From positions 124,001-188,000 of the forward strand of contig OZ025747.1 in NCBI GenBank assembly GCA_964019335.1: DNA of 64,000 nucleotides, read 5' to 3'. Both the position numbers and the translations under genes were made by a program. Positions 1 through 9,700 of the stretch are shown here, piece by piece. The first letter of the stretch is position 1, and each line of letters starts with the position of its first letter. The notes beneath the pieces were generated by a model that was not told the DNA's origin, did no database searches, and saw only the letters and a list, made by a program, of their open reading frames with translations. The stretch comes from Diplonema japonicum. Its lineage: Eukaryota > Protista > Euglenozoa: Diplonemea.

Positions 1-1
1 A

Positions 2-853
2 AGCGAAGAGACAAGCGAGACATCGTCCGAATCATCCTCCAGTTTCGATGAGGAGCATACTATTCACTTCCCAGAGGGAAAAGGGGTGATCTTGGAGGTC
101 TCTACTGAACCCGTTCCTTACCCTGTCAAGGTCGACGGGGTGCTGATTTGTCAAACGGCTTGGGAGGATGAGCTCAATTCGAAAAATCTCGGTACATCGA
201 GTTATGCTTGGTACGAAAGGGGAACACGGTACTGGGGGTCGCTTCCTGTGTCGCTTCGTGGGGTGGAGCTTGACGGGCTTCACTGGTACGATGTTTCTCA
301 CTCCAGAGATTTTTTCAAAAGATTTTCTCTTCAGGGAGGCCATGCTCTTGATCTTGCTGGTGGGTTGGGTAGGTTCGCGAAAACTGTTTTGGTGGATTTT
401 TACGACAAGATCACCTTGGTCGAAGGCGCTGCTCACTTGTCTCGCGCTGCGGGTACCATTCTCAAACCCAGCTACCTCCCGTTCAGGAGAGCCCAGACGA
501 ACATTGAAATCAGAAACTGCCAGCTTCAATCTTACAACCTTCCCCCTTCCTCTTTCGATCTCGTTGCTCTCACGTGGGTTTTGATGTTCCTTACCGACGC
601 CGATGTTGTCGTGTTACTCTGTAAAATCCACGCGTCGCTTATTGGGAGCGATTCTTCTGTATTCATTAAGGAAAACACTCTTGAAGGAGAGTTTGCGGTG
701 AACACTAGGAACAGCAGCACCAATAGGTGCGATTCGCACTACGAGGTGCTGTTTGAACACACGGGTTTTACACTCGTCCACAAGGAGAAGCAGAGCATCA
801 TGCCTGGGAACCTTCATCAACCAACAGCTTTTTTGTTGAGAAGAGCATCTTAA
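2..853 (+). CDS. NTMT1: Alpha-N-terminal protein methyltransferase (NTMT1/Tae1-like), 5'-truncated by the window edge
   Basis: Frame is open from base 2. SAM motif ALDLAGGLGRF, FDLVALTWVLMFLTD and VFIKEN...SSTNR match the NTM1 family. Confidence 0.8.
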   Translation, partial: SEETSETSSESSSSFDEEHTIHFPEGKGVILEVSTEPVPYPVKVDGVLICQTAWEDELNSKNLGTSSYAWYERGTRYWGSLPVSLRGVELDGLHWYDVSHSRDFFKRFSLQGGHALDLAGGLGRFAKTVLVDFYDKITLVEGAAHLSRAAGTILKPSYLPFRRAQTNIEIRNCQLQSYNLPPSSFDLVALTWVLMFLTDADVVVLLCKIHASLIGSDSSVFIKENTLEGEFAVNTRNSSTNRCDSHYEVLFEHTGFTLVHKEKQSIMPGNLHQPTAFLLRRAS

Positions 854-947
854 ATCAAAAGGGGAAATCCCGATCTGTTTTTTTTTTTTTTTTTTTACCC
901 CCCTTTTTTTTTCTCCCTCTAATTTTCTCCAGGCAGGGGCAGAGTGC

Positions 948-984
<37 letters not shown>

Positions 985-997
985 AAATTAAAAGAAA

Positions 998-2131
998 ATG
1001 TTACGCAGGACCGGTTTGCTGAGATTCTTCGAGACGCAACATAGGCAGAAGAAGCACCCTTACCTTGCCATGGCACGGCCGGTATGCATGAGATCCGAGC
1101 AAAAAAAAAAAAAAGAAAATCTTTTTTAAAAATAAAAGGGCGAACTTATGTTTCTCCCTCCCTTCAGCATGAACGGGTGCGTCCCTGGTCTTATCATCTG
1201 CCTCATCTACATCTTCTATGACAAATTCTTCGGCGAGTCTTCCGTGACGGAGCACCACCACAGCAGGTATGATTGTTTTTTATTTCTTTTCTTTTTTTTT
1301 TATACTTCTTTACTGGGCAGAGTCTCTCATAGTCCCCCACGTGTGCCCTAATGATAGCCAATGGGTGTGGGGTCTCCCAGAGGCTCAAGATTTCCCCCTC
1401 CCCCTCCCCCATGGAATAGTATTGTGGCAAGCAAAGGAAGGTGTCTCTCATAGTCCCCCACGTGTGCCCCAATGATAGCCAATGGGCGTGGGGTCTCCCA
1501 GAGGCACAAGATTGAACGCTTCATAAAACTACTCCCAGAGTCTCTCATAGTCCCCCACGTGTGCCCCAATGATAGCCAATGGGTGTGGGGTCTCCCAGAG
1601 GCTCAAGATTTCCCCCCCCCCCCCCCCCCTCCCCCATGGAATGGTATTGTGGCAAGCAAAGGAAGGTGTCTCTCATAGTCCCCCACGTGTGCCCCAATGA
1701 TAGCCAATGGGCGTGGGGTCTCCCAGAGGCACAAGATTAAAACACTTAATATAGCTACTCCCAGAGTCTCTCATAGTCCCCCACGTGTGCCCCAATGATA
1801 GCCAATGGGTGTGGGGTCTCCCAGAGGCTCGAGATATATTGATAAGATTTTCATAGGGACGGGAATGGGGGAAGAAAAAAAAAAAAAAAAAACCAGATTC
1901 CAGTACGGTATGTTTGGTGAGAGGGTGTCGTATCCTGCCAACGGGACTGCCCTGAGTATGTTACAACACGGGAGGGAAACCAAGCACAACACAGCTTTCA
2001 ACTGCCCGGGTGTTTCTGCTTTCGGTTCCTCAGAAATGTGGAACCACGGTAGCTCGAACCCGAAGCTTTCTCCCTTCTCTGAGGACAGAAAAGTGGGTGT
2101 GCCTCGGGATCATGGGCACGGGCACCACTAG
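998..2131 (+). CDS. Spliced small mitochondrial membrane protein, probable complex I subunit NDUFB3/B12-like
   Basis: Exons 998-1081, 1139-1266, 1897-1955, 1995-2131 (the last intron is in frame and less certain). Gives MLRRTGLLRFFETQHRQKKHPYL...PGLIICLIYIFYDKFF...HHHSRFQY. Short MLRRT targeting signal, one TM helix, and an FF..KHPxL / PGL pattern resembling plant/algal B12. Confidence 0.55.
1320..1837 (+). ncRNA. Intronic tandem array of 5 box-AGA (single-hairpin H/ACA-like) snoRNAs: 1320-1393, 1441-1514, 1538-1611, 1666-1739, 1764-1837
   Basis: Lower stem G(A/T)GTCTCT / AGAGGC(T/A)C covaries between copies. Upper stem CCCCACG / YGTGGGG. AGA box plus 3 nt after the stem. Pocket CATAGT + CTCCC is complementary to LSU H69 GGGAG-UA-ACUAUG. 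Confidence 0.8.
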
Positions 2132-2424
2132 ACGGTGTCTCGAGCAGGAGGGGAAATTTATGTATTAAAAAAAAAACCAAAGTGTTTCCTTTCTTTCTCC
2201 CCCCCAGTTCCCCCCACGCTACAACCTCGGTAAAAAAAGAGTCAGCCTGAACAAAAAGAAGAAGAGAACGAAGAAAAGAAAAAAAAAGAAATGAAAAAAA
2301 TGAAACACCGACTCTTTTTTTTTTTTTCCACTTCAGTGTCTTTCCGTCAGAAACTGTTTAAATGTATTTTTTTTTTATTGTTGTATTTTCATCTTTTCCC
2401 ATGTACCCCCGTGTTAAAGGGACA

Positions 2425-2910
2425 ATGGCCGAGGATGCACACTTGGCAGCAGCGTACCTTCTGGAGGCTGCAAAGGATATGAGTTGTGTAAATGAAAAAC
2501 TAAGCCGGATAGTGTCAAGAAGGTTGCTCAGAGTGGTTGGTCGGAACATGAAAAGGGAAAGGAAGCAAAGTGAAGCAAAAGAAGTGCTGGAACACGTATG
2601 TGGAGGCTGTGGTAATTTTTTCGTGGTGGGTCGGACTGCTGAGCTGTCATGCGTGGACCAGTCGGAAAAACTTGAAAAAATCGACATCAATCTTGCAAAA
2701 TACATAAGCCCTGAGGTAATGGGCGAGAAGTTCAAGATTACCTGCAAAAACTGCGGCAAGACCACCGTCTCGGCAGAGCAGCGGTCGATAAAAACGGTGG
2801 CGAAGCAGCAGCATGCCGCGCAGCAGCAAGAGCAACAACCACCTTCTAAAAAGCAAAAAAAAGAAGTCCTCGCTGCCCCCCAACCGAAAAAACAGCCTAA
2901 AAGCAACAGC

Positions 2911-2944
<34 letters not shown>

Positions 2945-3030
2945 GCGGCAACAAGAGAAAAGCGAAACAACAGCAACAAAAACAAACTCAGCCGCAATCG
3001 TCGTTCATGGATTTCATGAAGCAAATGTGA
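2425..3030 (+). CDS. RNase P/MRP subunit Rpp21/Rpr2/Snm1-like zinc-ribbon protein with a low-complexity K/Q/N tail
   Basis: N-terminal helices (YLLEAAK...LSR), VCGGCG and ITCKNCGKT Zn pairs. Confidence 0.65.
2911..2943 (+). repeat. (AAC)n microsatellite encoding poly-Asn
   Basis: About 11 tandem AAC triplets in frame. Confidence 0.9.
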
Positions 3031-3042
3031 AGGGAAACTCCC

Positions 3043-3073
<31 letters not shown>

Positions 3074-3158
3074 TTTTTCCCTTTACTTTCCTGCCCCACT
3101 CTGTAATATATTTTCCTGTAACCAGTTCTTTCTTTTACACACAACAAACAAAAAAAAA

Positions 3159-4817
3159 ATGGTTCAGAGCATGGCGTACTCACGGCTCATGGCCATGAAC
3201 AGTAGAAGCGTGAGCCCAATGAGAAAGGGCAGGCTGCCTCCGAAACCGGAACAAAGACGACATCAACCGTGGTGCACAGGCATGTGTGGAGGAAGGTGCA
3301 TCCCGCAGGTAGCACCACAACACGCTGATTGGTGCAACGGAGCATGTGGAGGGGTGTGCATGAGCACGACTCCTGTTCACCTACCACAGCAGCCCCCGCT
3401 TCCACCACAGGATGAGGACAAGACCCTGTCCCTCGCTGACGAAGAAGAAGACTGGGAGAACATGATGAAGGATGCGGTATTGAGGGTCCGAGCACGCCTA
3501 CCTGCAGAGCCCAGGTCCCCCCCTGAAGTTATCGACCCCACAGGACCAGTCTTCGACCTTGACATGAGCTTGAACCTCCCAAACCCGAACGCACTGTCAT
3601 TCACATCGTCAAATGTCTTGAAAGAACACCATGATCTGCGTTCTTCAGAACCGCAAGGAAGCCCGCCACCACCGCCTGCTTCAGTGGCCACCCACCCGGA
3701 GTCACTCCACACCATTTCAGAAGGGTTGGATGCAACACGTGAAACGCGTGACGAATGTGATCAAAAAAGCAACAATATTTTAATAGAGGAAGAAGCCGAA
3801 GAAAACGAGGAGGGTGTACACGACCACGACCACGACCACGACACGCAACAACAGGAAGAGGAAGAGGTGAGAGACATGGTCACGGAGCCCACGACGGGTT
3901 CAGAGCTTCGTAGAAGCACCGCTGCCTTCCGAAAGACCTTGGAACTGTTGCAGTCGGAGGTGCAACAGGTTCTAAAAAGCGAGCACGATATCGAACAGGA
4001 AGAGGTGTGCAACGAACCACCAGTGTCGACCGCCAAGGGGCCTGTGTCGACCGCCAAGGGGCCTGTGTACGACATCACCACGTTGCAGATACAGTCGCAC
4101 CCGACCGAGCTTGCCGACATCAAAAATCTGTTCAGCGAATCGTTGAAGGACACCTCATCCGAGGCATCTTCGGTCCCAACGGAGCGTGCGAACGACATAC
4201 GAAGGCTCTGCGATTCCCCGAGAGAGATCGAAGAGCGGCACAGCTCGCCCGCAGTTACCAACAAACAACCCTGGAAGATCGTTCAATGGAAAGAGGAACA
4301 AACCAAAAAATGGGGCTGCAAAAAACACGACAAAGAGTTCACCGCGTGGTGCTACGAGGAGGGCTGCAACGCGATAATATGCCCTGACTGCATCAGCATG
4401 GACCACGTAGGGCACAACACCTTGGCGATTCCTGACAAAAAGGAAATGACCCGCAAGCTGGAGGAGATACGAAGCGGGGTGGGAAGCACGGGAAAAGAGC
4501 TTCTTGACGCCCCTGCCAAACTGAAACAAGACTGTCAAACCCGCAACCCCAACAGAGCCGCGCACTCCACATTGGTAACCTGCATAGATTCTCTTGAGAA
4601 CGAGACCTCAACTGCCTTCGCCTCCGTTGATGAGCAGCTGAACTATCTCACGGGTAAGATGTCGGCCACCAAATCGTCATGGCCTACTGTAAGGCGTCGT
4701 GTCAGGCAAGAGCCTTCCTCGTCCCTCGAACCGCCGCCCATGTATGGTCAGGGGATGACCCCTATCGCGCGAGAACATAAGCATCTCCTGTCGCGGTCGT
4801 CGTTCACCACATACTAA
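3159..4817 (+). CDS. B-box zinc-finger protein with a disordered N-terminus and a coiled coil
   Basis: CKKHDKEFTAWCYEEGCNAIICPDCISMDHVGH is a B-box type 2. The ATG follows an A-run. Confidence 0.75.
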   Translation: MVQSMAYSRLMAMNSRSVSPMRKGRLPPKPEQRRHQPWCTGMCGGRCIPQVAPQHADWCNGACGGVCMSTTPVHLPQQPPLPPQDEDKTLSLADEEEDWENMMKDAVLRVRARLPAEPRSPPEVIDPTGPVFDLDMSLNLPNPNALSFTSSNVLKEHHDLRSSEPQGSPPPPPASVATHPESLHTISEGLDATRETRDECDQKSNNILIEEEAEENEEGVHDHDHDHDTQQQEEEEVRDMVTEPTTGSELRRSTAAFRKTLELLQSEVQQVLKSEHDIEQEEVCNEPPVSTAKGPVSTAKGPVYDITTLQIQSHPTELADIKNLFSESLKDTSSEASSVPTERANDIRRLCDSPREIEERHSSPAVTNKQPWKIVQWKEEQTKKWGCKKHDKEFTAWCYEEGCNAIICPDCISMDHVGHNTLAIPDKKEMTRKLEEIRSGVGSTGKELLDAPAKLKQDCQTRNPNRAAHSTLVTCIDSLENETSTAFASVDEQLNYLTGKMSATKSSWPTVRRRVRQEPSSSLEPPPMYGQGMTPIAREHKHLLSRSSFTTY

Positions 4818-5052
4818 CCTTTTGTGAGAACGTCACAGCCAGCACATATTAGCTTTTTTTTTTGAGATTATAATGTACGTGTACAGAATTTAAAAAAAAA
4901 AAAAAAATCCCCCCCTTTATATGATCCCTTTCCCCCCGTGTACTTCTCTTTTCATTTTTCGCCCCCCCCCCTCCCCACCCGTAGCAACGATGTTTTAAAA
5001 CAAAAAAAAGGTGGGTCTTCGAGGGGGTTTCTCCCCTCAAAAAAAAAAAAAA

Positions 5053-5787
5053 ATGGATCCACAAAGCCCGCTTTATAGATTTGCGTCGCATCAAGCAGAT
5101 GACTGGGAGTCTGTGTCGTCCACCGGTGTGTGGGGGCATCCAGATCTGGTCAATGGGGATCAGCTGTTCGAAGCTATGGGAGAGGCGTACGCGGCGAAGA
5201 GGCTGAAGGAGCTCGAGGGTGAAAGGAGGTTTCGCGCACCTGCACCGCAGCAGTTATACCACCAACAGCGGCAACAACAACCTCCACCTCCTCCTCGGGA
5301 TCGGTATCAATCTAAACCGGCGCAAGCCTACCATCAAAGACCGCCTTTGGAGGTCGAAGACCGGGATTGGAAAAGACATGCGCCTGTCTCTGCTCCTGCT
5401 GTTCCTCCTCCCCCTTCTCCAATTGCTCCTATTGAAGTACCGACAGAAAGTGTTTCCGGCTTAGCCGACTCAATACTCCACGATAGCAGCAGCGGTTTAG
5501 GGGACTCAATCGATGGTGAGCTTTACACTAAATTGTCGCCCCACGGGACGTTGATAAGGGGTGCCACGCTGCCCCCAGGGGTGCACGCTGCAACAGGCGG
5601 CGATGTGGACAGCTTTCGAGTTCAACTGCGACAGGAATTTTGGAAGGAGTTCATGCAGTCTTATGACAGGCGGTGCGCCGCGACATATGTCTCGAAGAAC
5701 AAGAAAGGCGGCGATCGCAACAAAGGCACCGGCAAGCCTTCCCCACGGATACCCGACCCACGCAAAATTCCCCGACCCATACGATAG
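5053..5787 (+). CDS. Hypothetical Pro/Gln-rich protein
   Basis: 244-codon ORF, coding-like composition between homopolymer spacers, A-run before the ATG. Confidence 0.65.
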   Translation: MDPQSPLYRFASHQADDWESVSSTGVWGHPDLVNGDQLFEAMGEAYAAKRLKELEGERRFRAPAPQQLYHQQRQQQPPPPPRDRYQSKPAQAYHQRPPLEVEDRDWKRHAPVSAPAVPPPPSPIAPIEVPTESVSGLADSILHDSSSGLGDSIDGELYTKLSPHGTLIRGATLPPGVHAATGGDVDSFRVQLRQEFWKEFMQSYDRRCAATYVSKNKKGGDRNKGTGKPSPRIPDPRKIPRPIR

Positions 5788-5889
5788 ATTTTCTTTTTTT
5801 TTTTTTTTTTTTTTTTTTTTTCTGTTTTTGGTTTGTTTGTTTTTGCCATTGCACCGTACCTACGAAAGAAGAGGGAGAGGGAAGAGAAG

Positions 5890-6618
5890 ATGTCTTACAG
5901 AGGAAGTGACGGAACCCTTCCCATTCTACCGAAGGAAGCTTTTGAGGGAAGGTCGGAAACGGTCACGGACGCGGTTCTAACGAGGTACAGCTGCAGGAAT
6001 TTCAACAATGACAGAGAAGTTGACGGTAAGATGCTCAGAGAGATCTTGATAAAAGCAGCCAGGGCGGCTTCGGGCGGGAACTTACAACCTTGGAAAGTAC
6101 ATGTTTTGCAAGGCGCCGCCAGAAAAACATTCTGCACAACTGTTCGCAAACAGATAGGGAAGCAGACCCCTGCATACGACATCTACCCGAAGAAACTGCC
6201 GGACCCGTACTTCACGCGAAGGGGCAGGCTTGGCGAGGAAATGTTCGAACTGATGGGCATCGCACGACACCAGAAAGCGAAGAGACTGATGGCCGTTGCA
6301 AGAAATTTCTCGTTCTTCGACGCCCCCGTCGGTCTCATCATCACCATACCCAAGCTCATGGGCCCTCCTCAATGGGCTGATCTTGGATTCTACCTAGCAA
6401 CTCTTAATCTCCTTTGCAGAGAAGCCGGGCTTCATACATGCAACCAAGAAGCTTGGTCGACTGTTGCTCCTGCTGTACAGGAAACGCTTAACATCCCGGA
6501 CACTGATACTGTCTTTTGCGGTGTTGCTGTTGGCTACGCGAAGCAAAATGCTCCTGTCAACCAACTCCGCGCTGCGAGAGCGGATCCAGAAGAGTACATC
6601 ATCACAGCGAAACTGTGA
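5890..6618 (+). CDS. Nitroreductase family protein (NfnB-like)
   Basis: RYSCRNF, AASGGNLQPWKV, NFSFFDAPV, DLG and GVAVGY motifs. Confidence 0.9.
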   Translation: MSYRGSDGTLPILPKEAFEGRSETVTDAVLTRYSCRNFNNDREVDGKMLREILIKAARAASGGNLQPWKVHVLQGAARKTFCTTVRKQIGKQTPAYDIYPKKLPDPYFTRRGRLGEEMFELMGIARHQKAKRLMAVARNFSFFDAPVGLIITIPKLMGPPQWADLGFYLATLNLLCREAGLHTCNQEAWSTVAPAVQETLNIPDTDTVFCGVAVGYAKQNAPVNQLRAARADPEEYIITAKL

Positions 6619-6746
6619 ATGCATGAAAAAAAAGAGGGGAAAAAAAACGTACACGCTTTTTTTTATTTTTTTTAGAAAATTTAAGAGATTTTATCTGTTG
6701 TTAATAGGAAGGAGGTTGGAGGGGGGGGAAAAAAAGAGAAAAGGAA

Positions 6747-9700
6747 ATGACCCCAATTGCTCGCCTCCTTCGTTCGGCACTGCTCGTTGTGGTTCTGTTT
6801 GCGGAGTGCTTCGAAGGCAGCGGAGAGAGGTGCGGGTGTCTACAGAAAGGCTACTTCGGTGATTCCTTTTGCGGACAACACTGGACACCTGAAGGCGAAG
6901 TCGAAGAATTATGGTGCTACGCCGACATAAGAAACGAATGCGAATCCAACACATCAGGTGTACGTGCAGGGTACCCATTGATCCCTTTCTTGGGAAAGGA
7001 CAACTGGGTTGCTTGCGACGTTCCAAATGAGCCTGAATACCTCACAAATTACACAGAATCCTTCACACAAAACGTAGGAGAAGACCCAATACACTTCATT
7101 CTATTTTGCGGTGGCAACAACGCGGATACTCGCAAGGTCCAGGTTATCGGTTCGAAAAACAAACTCATCCTCAACAAGATTTCCTTCTATTTTACGGAGG
7201 AACAAAGCTACAAATCGATTCAGTACAGCAAGCAGGAAATATCATTGAAACACAACCCTGTCTCCTCTGATGCCCACTCGTTGTCGGACCTCCTTGCTGT
7301 TGGAACCGACTCTGGGTACCTTTATATGTTTCAAGCTGCATCTAGAGGCCCGGGCTTGGAATTAGCATTGATAGACATTGTCGAAAACCATCACTTGCAT
7401 ACGGATTGGGGTTGGTATCAAGAAGAGGTCAAGGCAACCAGTGTGGTGAGCAATGTTGCGGTGAACGATGAGTTTGTTGCGGCTGCTTTCGGCTGGTGGG
7501 TTGTCGTGCTGCGGTTCTCGTACACCCACACGAATAAACAAACACTGTTCCACCTGCAAGGCCAGGTTTTCTCCCAAAAAATCGTGGACCGCAGGGGGTC
7601 CGGCATCGCCATCGTCACAGGCTTGGCTCTAACCACCAGCAACGCTCTCGTAATCACCGCAACAGACGGCAGTGTCCGTCTCTACCACTACGAGAACGAA
7701 AGAAACACCTTCATTTATTCTGAAATGTCCGTTCAAACAGAGCTACCCCCACCACTAACAAAATACCCCCCTAAAAACAGTGTTGGATACCAGGAAATCG
7801 TCACGAGAACCGGTTTGAACAAAGCGATAACAACAACGATCCCACCAGACGCGGGCTACCCTGCTAAAGGTATCCGCCGGTACTCTGTGGTGGGAGGTCT
7901 TCACGACGATGCATGGTGGAGGTCAGGAACGAACGTGAAAAGTTTTTCACAAGCGTGGGGGATCTCAACATACGCGGTGGTGGGGACGGAAACAAACGAC
8001 GGCGACACTATAAGAAATCTAGAAATCTTCAAATCCCAACAAGGCAACGGTCAGGCCGCAAGGAACTACCACGCGTCCTTCAACATCACCGCGATGAACG
8101 AAACAGACAATTCGTCATCGTCGTTCCCACCGACAGACGACCCCTTCTACCCAGACGGGTCCAACGACACATTACCCTTCGGCGCCGTTTGCTGGACGTC
8201 ATTAAACCCCCGCGGCAACCAACGATGGGAAGGTTGGTGCGTGCTACCGTACAACTGCTTGCCTTTCAATTCTGACTTTTCGACTTATACATGTCAAGAT
8301 CCTGCAATGTACGAGGCTGCCAATGAAGCAGGAGTCATGGTAGGGGTGTCTTCCAATGTGTATACCTTGGGTATCGTTGTTGGGTCGACAGTTACAACGC
8401 ACACCGCAGCCAATGAGCTACTATGTGTGTCGCAGTGGGACTGCACGCATGAAAATGAAAAGCGTTTCGATTGTACTTGGTACGATTCAACAGGAATGGC
8501 ATCCGTGACAGACTGTGTGGATGGGACAACGTGTTCAGGGTGCGATTGTTCCGGTCACGGAGGCATCGCAAGATGCCCGCCGGAGAGTCCTTTAATGTGT
8601 GTTTCAACAGAGTGTTTTAACGGAAATGGTCCTTGCTGTTCCACCAACTGTGACAACCTCTCAGGTGAACGTGAGTGTGCTGGTCCGTTGGGACGGTATC
8701 GACCGATGTCGACTCCAATTTGCATTCCCGGCACACAACATATACAGACGTTGGACGAATGCAAAGAAATCTCCCTTGTGTTGGCCGAAAACTTCACGGT
8801 TTTAAACGGGTCTTCAACTGACCCGTCTTGCTACCATGCCGATGGGGTGGTGACTTGGAACCCGTTGTCGAGTTTGTTCGCCGCGCCCCTTCCGAGTAAT
8901 ATAACTAGTCTGTATTCTATGATGGCCAACACCAGCGTATCCCCGAGGATACCTTACGTTAAGAGGGAGTTGTTTTGGAGGGACCTCGAAGCTTGCCTCG
9001 CAGAATGTTATTTAGATGCAAGCTGCGGTGGTGCAACGTTTGCTGAATACCAGGAAAACTGTACTTTTTACACGAGCACAGTGATGGGGAACGCGTCAAA
9101 CTTCGAAGAGAGTTTCGATGCGGATCTCTACGTCCTTGCGACACGTGATGTGTTGAAGGCAGCGCGTGTTTTTCCGAACGAGACGGGTCGTGCGAACCAA
9201 CTCACATCATTCTGCGAATCCGACAACTGGGTTCTTGGTTCTGGTTCGTCGTCGTCGTCGTCCTGTCAAGCTCTGGCGATGTGGAGCATCATATCTCATA
9301 TGGAGTGCATCCGCGCTGTGGAGAACTTAGTTGAAAGAAGTCTTCTCGTTTTAAACACCACGTTCGTCACGCCTATCCCGCTTAACTACCTCAACCCTGG
9401 ATGTGTTGTCAACGTGAAAGGTGGTTACAGATGGGTTACGTTCAACCCGTACGTGTCGACTGGTATTTTCGAGCCGCTCTCAGAAGGGTTCCTCCCGGTG
9501 TGCGCGACGGAGGAGGACCCGAACAGGCCAACACCGATCCCGGACCAACCAGTGTCACCGACACCTGAACCAAAACCTGTTTCGAGGAAACTGTTCTATC
9601 TCCCGCTTTGGGTTTACATCGTGTTGATGCATGTTATCGGACTGTCGTTGTTGGCGGTGGCGGTGTTCTTCAATAGAACTGGGTATGGTGATGGGAGAAG

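Noticed and set aside
1320-1837. CRISPR array (palindromic repeats with spacers)
   Set aside because: The repeat is 74 nt, the spacers are just two alternating sequences rather than unique ones, there are no cas genes, and the context is a eukaryotic intron. A box-AGA snoRNA model explains the covariation.
1203-2001. Short ORFs such as MGHTWGTMRD... and MIANGRGVSQ... (also at 36785-37247)
   Set aside because: They are translations of the RNA repeat with no coding signal.
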